Source of the DNA: Thermoproteota archaeon
GTDB taxonomy: Archaea; Korarchaeota; Korarchaeia; Korarchaeales; Korarchaeaceae
Assembly: GCA_027491415.1 (NCBI GenBank)
Contig: JAOZFH010000028.1
Location: forward strand, 12,465-76,464
Direction of reading: 5' to 3'
Length of the DNA stretch: 64,000 nucleotides
The translations under genes and the position numbers were made by a program. Numbering within the stretch: the stretch's first letter is position 1; the number at the start of each line of letters is the position of its first letter. Below the pieces are notes generated by a model that searched no databases, was not told the origin of the DNA, and worked only from the letters and a program-made list of their open reading frames with translations. Below, piece by piece: positions 1 through 7,393 of the stretch.

Positions 1-937
1 ATCTCCCCAGCTCGATTCGCTCGCTGGTCCTCGGGTCGAGCAGCGATATCTCAATTACCCACTCGCCCGGCGTCTCCAAGGACTCCGTGAACTCCATGAG
101 TCCCGCGGGGTCGACTGCCCCCTCGTGAACCGATACCCTCGCGCTCCCCCTCGGCCCCCTCAGCGTCACTTCCAAGTCGGCTGGCTCGCCCGGGGCGGGA
201 GTCACCGACCCCCTCACGGCCAGGTCGTCTCCAAGCGGGAGCGAGGGTGGGAGGCTCACATCGACGAGTTTGAACGTTTCCAGGGGCAGGAACTCAACGG
301 CGAGCTCTGCGAACCAGGCCGCGCCTCCAGCCGCGGCCGAGACCTCAATTACGCACTCTCCAGCCAGGTCTGCCGTGGCAGACAGCTCGACGTTGAAGGG
401 AGGGACCCCCGTCACCGTGTCGGGGGTCACGTCGGCGCAGGGAGAGCTGACGAGGAGGCTGGCGAACTCGGGGGGAGGTCCCACGGGCTCGACCGACGCT
501 CTGAGCGTTGTGGCCTCTCCGACCCTCGGTTGGGGACCCACTTGGGATAGGGTCACGTTCAGCTCCCCGATATCGACAGGCACGGCTGCCCGCGAGCACG
601 TCTCCCCCGCGCAGGCCAGGACGACCACCTCATACTCCCCGACCGGAGCGTCACCCGCCGCGGAGACGGTGAGGTTCGCGCTGGCGCTGGCCCCCGGGGT
701 CAGCCACACGGCCTCGGGGCTGAGACCGCAGGAGATGAACCTCGGGGCCTCTACGGTCAGGATAACCTCTCCGACGAGATCTTCGGTTCCAGTTACCAAA
801 ATCTCCGCCCAGCCCGACCCACCAGGAGGGAGCCAGAGGCGACCCGAAGCGGCCCGACTCGACCCGACACTGAGGGCGAGGGTCGATGCCGCAACTATCA
901 GGAAAATGGCAATCAGCTTTCCGGGGGATATGGTCAA
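1..937 (-). CDS. Secreted/cell-surface protein with signal peptide and beta-rich (Ig-like) repeats; 3' end runs off the window
   Basis: Not in the ORF track; translated by hand from TTG at 937 (purine-rich GGAGAGG upstream): MTISPGKLIAIFLIVAASTLALSVGSSRA...ANLTVSAAGDAPVGEYEVVVLAC...FTESLETPGEWVIEISL, apparently open to position 1. The + strand ORF 270..992 is its antisense shadow. Confidence 0.7.
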   Translation of the reverse strand, partial: MTISPGKLIAIFLIVAASTLALSVGSSRAASGRLWLPPGGSGWAEILVTGTEDLVGEVILTVEAPRFISCGLSPEAVWLTPGASASANLTVSAAGDAPVGEYEVVVLACAGETCSRAAVPVDIGELNVTLSQVGPQPRVGEATTLRASVEPVGPPPEFASLLVSSPCADVTPDTVTGVPPFNVELSATADLAGECVIEVSAAAGGAAWFAELAVEFLPLETFKLVDVSLPPSLPLGDDLAVRGSVTPAPGEPADLEVTLRGPRGSARVSVHEGAVDPAGLMEFTESLETPGEWVIEISLLDPRTSERIELGR

Positions 938-1149
938 GACGAGAACCTCTCCATCGGAGGTAACATTAAAGAGAGAGAATATAAATGAATGAGTCGCGCC
1001 TGAGCCGCTCGGGCGAGCAGAGCCTCAGCTTCCGATGACCAATTTCCCGGGAGGAGATTCCCTCACCCCATTGCCGAGATCCGATCGGAGATTCCGGCCA
1101 GGAGCCGACCTCCCGGCGGGGACCCGAACCTGCTGTGGGCGACCGCGCG

Positions 1150-1190
1150 ACGAGGCGCTACGAAATAGCCGTTCGAGGACTGGCGCTCGG
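1150..1190 (+). repeat. 41-bp exact direct repeat, copy 1 (intergenic)
   Basis: ACGAGGCGCTACGAAATAGCCGTTCGAGGACTGGCGCTCGG is identical to 1961..2001. Confidence 0.9.
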
Positions 1191-1223
1191 AGGGCCTCCA
1201 GCCCAGCTTCTATCTGGACTCAT

Positions 1224-1619
1224 TCATGGCCTCGAGCGCGAGCTGGCCCTCAGGTACTCCCTCCAGTCCAACTGAATCAGGGCCACCCTATTCCCGCCCG
1301 GATCCTCTACGACGGCCACTCTGGCCCCCCACCTGACGTTCTTGGGGCTCTGAACGACCTTAACTCCCGCCTCGGCCAGCTCCCTGTAGAGGGAGTCGAC
1401 ATCGTCCACTAGGAATTCCAGCTGAGGCTCCCCGGCCCTCGGGCGGCCCACCCCTCCCCAGGACTTCACGCCAACCTCCACTCCGCAGCAGTCGAATCCG
1501 ATGTAGTCAGCGAACCGGTACTTGAGTTGGAGCCCGAGCAGCCGCCCGTAGAAGTCAACGGCGCGGTCGAGGTCGGAGACAGTGAGCGTGATCCCCCACA
1601 CCCTCCTGACCTTGGGCAC
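1224..1619 (-). CDS. VOC/glyoxalase family protein
   Basis: ITLTVSDLDRAVDFYGRLLGL...LEFLVDDVD...WGARVAVVEDPGGNRVAL are typical VOC motifs. Start moved to GTG at 1619 (ORF track starts at 1697). Confidence 0.85.
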   Translation of the reverse strand: MPKVRRVWGITLTVSDLDRAVDFYGRLLGLQLKYRFADYIGFDCCGVEVGVKSWGGVGRPRAGEPQLEFLVDDVDSLYRELAEAGVKVVQSPKNVRWGARVAVVEDPGGNRVALIQLDWREYLRASSRSRP

Positions 1620-1906
1620 ACCCCGAGTCCCCAGGGAGAGGTATAAGACGCTACGTCGCACTGGCCAGTCCAGCCCCGTCCCATTCAGTACGCCCATCCC
1701 GGGTCCCAGGCGGAAAGGGCTACCCCCGATCGCGCTGATACGTCGTAGAGGGCTCAGTTCCCTCCATGTGGACTGAACGGGGAGGGGGGAAGTAAAGAGG
1801 AGGCCCCTCGAAGGACGGGCTCAGCCCCGGCGGCGTGACCAAATCCGAACCGCGAGATTTGGGCATCGAACCGATTCGTTAATACGGGTTCTCGGACGGC
1901 TCTGAG

Positions 1907-2443
1907 ATGTCCGCCCGGGCCCCAGGCGGGGCGACCAGAATTCTGGCGCTCGTTGATGTAACGAGGCGCTACGAAATAGCCGTTCGAGGACTGGCGCTCG
2001 GGCGGCTCAGGAGGTCGCAGGTCTTGGTTCTCACCAGGAGGGGCAGCCCGATTGCCAGGGAGTTCAGGAGAGTCAGGGGGGAGAGGGCCGAGGAAGACGA
2101 GGGGGGCATAGCCTTGGCCTACCTGGTCTCTGGGACCCCCCACCCGAGGGCCGTGGGGGAGTGGGAGTTCGAGCTCTCCCCCTCCCCTCCCCAGATACTG
2201 GGGGTCGTGTCCGCGGCCGTCGAGTCGTGGCCGAGGGGCGTCACAGTCCTCCTAGACAGCCTGACGGACCTCTGCACCCTCAACGGCGTGGACGACACCA
2301 TAGAACTGGCGAGGAATCTGGTCAAGGTCCTGCGTGAAGTCGACTCGCTCATCCTGCTCATGGTCGGCAGGGTGCACCCTCCCCGGGTGGTCCGGTCCTT
2401 CGCTAGGGAACTGGGCGCCGAGCGGGTGCTGGAGCTGCCTTGA
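1907..2443 (+). CDS. Hypothetical protein, degenerate RecA/KaiC-type ATPase-like fold (DUF835-like)
   Basis: Walker-B-like VTVLLDSLTDL followed by NGVDDTIELARNLVKVLRE...LILLM; no Walker A motif. Confidence 0.5.
   Translation: MSARAPGGATRILALVDVTRRYEIAVRGLALGRLRRSQVLVLTRRGSPIAREFRRVRGERAEEDEGGIALAYLVSGTPHPRAVGEWEFELSPSPPQILGVVSAAVESWPRGVTVLLDSLTDLCTLNGVDDTIELARNLVKVLREVDSLILLMVGRVHPPRVVRSFARELGAERVLELP
1961..2001 (+). repeat. 41-bp exact direct repeat, copy 2 (inside CDS 1907..2443)
   Basis: Identical to 1150..1190. Confidence 0.9.
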
Positions 2444-2692
2444 GGGGTGTCGTGAAAGGCCGATTTCACGCCATCATGTCCCGGCCCCCGGAGGTCCCGA
2501 CGGGCATCAGGCCCACGCGGAATTCCCTCATTTTCCAATATTCCGAGTTGCGCTACAGAGGAAGACTTTAGGCCCCTCACGAGTATCTTCTACCCCCTGA
2601 AGCATCTTGAAGAGACAACTCCACCCGGGCCATAGCCGAACCGGCGATGGTCGGATCTCCCTTTTATCATATTCCGCTTAGAGAGTCACGAA

Positions 2693-3799
2693 TTGCCCTC
2701 TGACGGGCGAGCCCCACTTAAGGACAGAATAATCAGGCTCCTCAAGTCTAGGGGCTACCGCGTCCGCACCGACGTGACCATGGAGGGCAGGTCAGGACGC
2801 GCACACACGATCCACGCCTACGCAGAGTACAGGGCGCCCCTCCACACCTCCCGGATTGCGGTCATGTGCCTCGACAAGAGGGAGCCGGTTGGTGCCGACG
2901 AGGTCTATGAGTTTATCCAGATCCTGGACGACTTGGAGCTAGACAAGGGCGTGCTCGCCACCACGTCTTGGTTCACGCCCGAGGCTATGGAGGTCGCAGG
3001 AAGGAGGGTCCTGCTCTGGGACGGCCCAAAGGTGGAGGAGCTCACCAGGGATCTGCCGAGGGCGGGGGTATACCCTCACGAGTTGAGGATCTACCACCTA
3101 CTCCCGAGGCTCAAGCTCACGAGGGCCGTGGAGAGAATCCAGGGCCTCCTCAAGAGGCCCTTGGTGGGCAAGAAGGAGAAGCTGGCTTCGAGGGTGGCGC
3201 TGATTTACCTCCCGGTCTACGAGTTCACGGTAAGGTCGCTCGAGGGAGGGGTCGAGGGTTTCGCGGCGGTTGACGCCCTGACCGGTGATCTCCTGATCTT
3301 CAGGGAGAGGGAGGTCCAGAGGCTCGTCCTGCCCGAGGACCTGACGGACACTGAGCTGACGGTCCTCTCTGGGCTCAGGGCTGGTCCGGCCCTCATTGAG
3401 GATCTGGCGGCCTCGTTGGGGCTCGACTTCGATACCGTGGACGCGACCGTCAGAACGCTGGCTGGCAGAAAGCTCGTGGACGACTCGGAGGTCGAGAGGG
3501 TGTCCCTGGGGTTCAGCCCCCCGAAGGTGGACGGGTCGGTCTCCCTCCTTAGGGTGGGGGTGAAGAGGGGCAGGCCCAAGGAGAGACTCTTGGAGCCCAA
3601 GATGTCCGTGGGCGAGGCGGCCCTGAGGCTAGAGATGCTCCTGGGAGTCGAGGCGACCGGGCCCAGAATGATCTTCCTCCCAAACTACTACGCCATGGCC
3701 GAGCGCGACGGCGCCAGAAGGGTCGTGGCCGTGGACGGGATCTTCGGTAGGGAGGCGCAGAGAGCGGAGGAAGTAATTCAGCGCCTCATCAGCTCCTAA
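2693..3799 (+). CDS. Mrr-cat-like (PD-(D/E)XK restriction endonuclease-like) domain protein with central winged HTH
   Basis: N-terminus LLKSRGYRVRTDVTMEGRSGRAHTIHAYAE...IAVMCL...VGADEV...KGVLATTSWFTPEA...LLWDG fits the Mrr-cat layout. LTDTELTVL...IEDLAASLGLDFDTVDATVRTLAGRKLV resembles a wHTH. Confidence 0.7.
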   Translation: MPSDGRAPLKDRIIRLLKSRGYRVRTDVTMEGRSGRAHTIHAYAEYRAPLHTSRIAVMCLDKREPVGADEVYEFIQILDDLELDKGVLATTSWFTPEAMEVAGRRVLLWDGPKVEELTRDLPRAGVYPHELRIYHLLPRLKLTRAVERIQGLLKRPLVGKKEKLASRVALIYLPVYEFTVRSLEGGVEGFAAVDALTGDLLIFREREVQRLVLPEDLTDTELTVLSGLRAGPALIEDLAASLGLDFDTVDATVRTLAGRKLVDDSEVERVSLGFSPPKVDGSVSLLRVGVKRGRPKERLLEPKMSVGEAALRLEMLLGVEATGPRMIFLPNYYAMAERDGARRVVAVDGIFGREAQRAEEVIQRLISS

Positions 3800-3844
3800 G
3801 GGAGTCAGCGGGAGACGGCATCTGCTGCGCCGCGGCGGCCCGGC

Positions 3845-4408
3845 TCAGGCGAGCCAGAGCGCTGCATACGCTGCCGGGGTGAGGACCAGCGCCGCCAGCG
3901 CGCCTATCAGCACCTGAGAGGGGCTGTGGGCGCCCATCCTCAGCCTGACCCACCCGACCGCTGGGGCCGCCGCGAGCACCGCCGCGCCGACCCAGTCACC
4001 CAGCAGGAGAAGGGTGAGCCCCGGCCCCACGACGCCCGCGACGTGTATGCTCCCCTTCGTGTGAAGCTCGTTTACGAGGGTCATCCCCGAAGTCACGAGG
4101 GCGTAGGCCAGGAAGGCGAACTCGACCTCCCTCACACCAAGATGTTGGAAGTAGAGGAATCCCGCCGCGTAGCTCGCGACCGCGAGGATCAGAAGGGGCG
4201 TCCTCGTCGCGCGGTCGCTGACGAATATGTCGGCCACCCCCGAGCGGGCCAAGGCGAGGACCGGAACGACCGGACCCAGCACTAGGAATGCGAAAGCTGC
4301 GGCGACCTCTGTAGGTGGGAGTTCGAGTCTAAGAGAGAGCGCCGCCACCACGATCGCGGAGAAGGTGATGGGTGATAGCGCCAGGGAGACGGCCTCGTCC
4401 CAGGTCAT
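3845..4408 (-). CDS. PAP2-like integral membrane protein
   Basis: Multi-TM protein with KGSIHVAG and WVRLRMGAHSPSQVLIG (PAP2 C2/C3-like motifs). Confidence 0.7.
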   Translation of the reverse strand: MTWDEAVSLALSPITFSAIVVAALSLRLELPPTEVAAAFAFLVLGPVVPVLALARSGVADIFVSDRATRTPLLILAVASYAAGFLYFQHLGVREVEFAFLAYALVTSGMTLVNELHTKGSIHVAGVVGPGLTLLLLGDWVGAAVLAAAPAVGWVRLRMGAHSPSQVLIGALAALVLTPAAYAALWLA

Positions 4409-4456
4409 CGCGAGCCTGCCTCGCGGCTTGCAAATATGCTTTCGGCCCTAGAGGGC

Positions 4457-5027
4457 TCAATCTGCGTCTGGCTCCTCCCTCATGGCCTCAATGGCGGAGG
4501 CGACGGCCTCGTCTATACCCGGGGCTTCGCTCACGAGCCTCACGTCTGAGGATCCGAGGCCCTCCTCTATTCCGACGCAGTTCGCGTGGAGGGTCTTGGT
4601 GAACAGCCCATTCCTCCCCCCGAGGCCCCTCGACTCCAGCGACCCCTCGACTATCCTCAAGACCATGCCGGCCGGGTCTTTAGACTTGGCGCCGACGAGG
4701 GACTCAACCAGGTCGTCGACCCAAGTCGGACCGGACCCCACCAACGCGTGAACGACCCCCTCCAGGCCGGTGAGCTGCGTGGGTCCTCTGTACTCGACGG
4801 AGTAATCTTGCCTCCTGCTCAGGCCCAGAAAGACCTTCCTCTCCCTCCTCACGAGCCGAGTCGACTCATCCGCCAACAACCCCGCCGGCGCGGCGAGGAT
4901 CGCCGTCGCTCCAGACCCTCTTCGAGACCTTAGCCTTGGAGCATGGAGCTCTCAAGCCGAAGAGCTTCGCTCCCTTGGAGAACCCCTCGGAGCGCACGTA
5001 GACAACCTCGCTGAGATTGATCCTCAA
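4457..5027 (-). pseudogene. Hypothetical protein, apparently frameshifted near 4905
   Basis: The frame from TTG at 5027 (MRINLSEVVYVRSEGFSKGAKLFGLRAPCSKAKVSKR) stops early. A one-base shift joins it to ...ATAILAAPAGLLADESTRL of ORF 4457..4879. Confidence 0.4.
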
Positions 5028-5116
5028 TAAGGCAACTCCGACCCAGGCCCGCCCTCTAGATATAAAGCACAGAACCTTTTTCCAGAGGTCACGGCCGTTA
5101 GTTTAGGGCGGCAGGG

Positions 5117-6535
5117 TTGGCGGCCGATCCCCTGACCCACTACTCCCGCGAGGATGTCTCGACGGAGATCGCTGATTACGCGCGTTCCAGGTGGGTGGCG
5201 GTCGAGGGCGGAGCCAGGGGCGGCAGGAGGACGTTCTTCAGGTACAGGGGCGATGAGCCCCTCGCCATAGGCTCTCCCGATGACGTCCCGGCCGTCATAA
5301 GGAGGTTCGCCTTCGCCAGGCCCAGGGCCGTCTACGCTACGGCCAACCTCTACTCTCGGCTGGCCTCCCGGTTTGATGTGGACAAGCCCGAAAACGTCTC
5401 GGCGACCACGGCAGTCTGGGACATAGACAACGAGCTCGAGGGCTGGAAGCAGACCCTCGAGGCCGCCAGGCTGATAGTCGAGGAGCTCGAGCGGGCCGGC
5501 GTCGTGAAGTCGGTCTACCTCAAGTGGTCCGGCAGGGGCTGCCACGTCCACCTCCACGAGGGGGCTTTCTCGCCGGAGCTGAGGTCGGAGCACCACCCGC
5601 TCGACCTGGCCTACGCGGTGGTGGAGTACGTGATCAGGAGGATAGAGGACCGCGTGGCCGAGCTGGCCAGCGAGGCGCCTCGGGGTCGACGGGTTCTGGC
5701 CGTGGAGAACGACATGGACATGAAGAGGGTCTTCACGGTCCCGCTCTCGCTCCACAGGGAGCTCGACGTCGTCGCGGTCTGCTTCAGGCCCGACGAGATC
5801 GACGACTTCGACCTTGACTGGCTGAGGCCCGACGGGTTCAGGCACAACCCAGGCTGGCGGGAGCACGTGGTGGGCGAGGCCGACGCGCGGGCCAGGCGCG
5901 CGCGGGGGGTGGTGGGAGGGTACTTCACCGCAAAGGCCTCTGGCGAGGTCAGGACCAGGGTGGGCGCCCCGCTCGCCAGGACCCCGGCCAGGAGGCCGAG
6001 CGCCCCATCGACCGGGACGAGGGCCAGGAAGATCGGCAGGTTCCAGGTCATGGGGCTCCTCCAGGCGGCCAGGTACTACCTCCTCAGGGGGGACCTGGAG
6101 AGGGCCAAGTCCTTCGGCCTGAACAGGGCGATATTCTACGCCTGGGCGAAGAGGACCGGCGGCAGGGTGCGGAGGTCCAGGCCGACGTCGCCCAGGCAGA
6201 GGACCCTGCTGGAGGCGGAGGAGGCCGAGAGACCCAGGTTCGAGGCCCTGGGGGACGAGGTGGCCTACCTCTCCGAGGACGGCTACTTCGAGATAGGGGA
6301 CCAGGTCCAGAGGCCGGAGGACTACGACAGGCAGATCGCCTCCAAGATAGCCCGGGCGGTCCCCTACGAGGAGGCCTGGAGGGCCGCGCTGAACTACCTG
6401 TCCACCTTTCCGCGCGAGGTCCTGCTGAGCCAGAGGGAGTTCTTCGAGAAGGCCTACAAGCCCGTGAGGGACCGCTTCCACGAGGTCCTGGAGAGGTACT
6501 CCTCCAAGCGGCCGGGTGGCCTGGAAGAGGCATGA
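5117..6535 (+). CDS. Archaeo-eukaryotic primase (AEP) superfamily protein fused to an unknown C-terminal domain
   Basis: AEP motif I AVWDIDNE (DxD), motif II KWSGRGCHVH and motif III ENDMDMKRVFTVPLSLH. A low-complexity linker leads to a C-terminal domain starting KIGRFQVMGLLQAARYYLL...GLNRAIFYAWAK. Confidence 0.75.
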   Translation: MAADPLTHYSREDVSTEIADYARSRWVAVEGGARGGRRTFFRYRGDEPLAIGSPDDVPAVIRRFAFARPRAVYATANLYSRLASRFDVDKPENVSATTAVWDIDNELEGWKQTLEAARLIVEELERAGVVKSVYLKWSGRGCHVHLHEGAFSPELRSEHHPLDLAYAVVEYVIRRIEDRVAELASEAPRGRRVLAVENDMDMKRVFTVPLSLHRELDVVAVCFRPDEIDDFDLDWLRPDGFRHNPGWREHVVGEADARARRARGVVGGYFTAKASGEVRTRVGAPLARTPARRPSAPSTGTRARKIGRFQVMGLLQAARYYLLRGDLERAKSFGLNRAIFYAWAKRTGGRVRRSRPTSPRQRTLLEAEEAERPRFEALGDEVAYLSEDGYFEIGDQVQRPEDYDRQIASKIARAVPYEEAWRAALNYLSTFPREVLLSQREFFEKAYKPVRDRFHEVLERYSSKRPGGLEEA

Positions 6536-6589
6536 CCGCCGCCGGAGGGGGGAGAAGGCATAAGTACCCCCTCGCCCTCGGTCGAAGCG

Positions 6590-7372
6590 ATGAGCGGGCT
6601 GGCGGGGATCAGGATAGTGGATCCCCACTCCCACCACCAGTTCAGCAACTACTCCACCCTCGTGATGCTCAGGGAGGCCAGCTACCGGGCTGCGGCCTGC
6701 CTGGCCTACATCCCGGTGAGGCCCTCCTCGGCCTCGACCCTGAGGGACCTGTTCGAGTGGCTCGTCGAGGAGGAGAGGGACCGCTTCGAGAGGGTGGGCA
6801 TCAGGCCCGTGATAGGCGTCGGGATCCACCCCAGGAACATCCCCCGGACGGGCCGGTCTGACGCCCTGGCCTACGTGGAGGAGTACCTGCCCAGCGCCGA
6901 CGTGCTGGGCGAGGTTGGGCTGGAGACGGGCTCTAACCTCGAGAGGGAGGTCTTCGCGAGGCAGCTGGACGTGGCCGAGAGGCTGGACAGGCCCGTGATA
7001 GTCCACACCCCCAGGGTGGGGAAGGCCGAGGCCCTCCGGCTGGCGCTGAGGATCCTCCGGGAATCCAGGCTCCAGCCGGAGAGGGTCCTCATCGACCACC
7101 TGACGCTGGATCTGCTCCGGGAGGTCCCCAGGGAATATTACCTGGGGCTCACAGTTCAGCCGGGCAAGCTGACGGAGAAGCAAGTCGCCGAGGCCCTGAG
7201 GTCCGCCCGCGACCGCAGGCTCCTCATGGTGGTGAACAGCGACGCGGGCAGGGAGGACTCGGACCCTCTGGCCGTGATGAAGGTGGCGCACCACCTCGCC
7301 AGCCTCGGCATCCCGGTGGACGAGGTCGAGGATCTCGTGGCCGGTAACGCCAAGAGGTTCTTGGGCGCCTGA
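6590..7372 (+). CDS. TatD-family metal-dependent hydrolase (TIM barrel)
   Basis: DPHSH, GIHPR, LGEVGLE, VIVHTPR, IDH and NSDAG metal-ligand motifs. Confidence 0.85.
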   Translation: MSGLAGIRIVDPHSHHQFSNYSTLVMLREASYRAAACLAYIPVRPSSASTLRDLFEWLVEEERDRFERVGIRPVIGVGIHPRNIPRTGRSDALAYVEEYLPSADVLGEVGLETGSNLEREVFARQLDVAERLDRPVIVHTPRVGKAEALRLALRILRESRLQPERVLIDHLTLDLLREVPREYYLGLTVQPGKLTEKQVAEALRSARDRRLLMVVNSDAGREDSDPLAVMKVAHHLASLGIPVDEVEDLVAGNAKRFLGA

Positions 7373-7393
7373 CCCTTCAGGCCCGGGCTGAGC

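Noticed and set aside
960-990. GTAACAT as a third NikR-like site
   Set aside because: There is no matching half-site 22 bp away and no nickel-related gene adjacent.
1700-1730. CCCAGGCGGAAAGGGCTACC resembling SRP RNA helix 8
   Set aside because: It lacks the stem and AGCA motif of the SRP domain IV consensus, and there is no surrounding ~300-nt fold.
5024-7294. 756-aa minus-strand ORF, and many similar long antisense ORFs (for example 15587..16828, 22988..23974, 24092..25144, 51411..52526)
   Set aside because: They lie opposite genes with clear family motifs and have no motifs of their own; such shadow ORFs are expected from high-GC codon bias.
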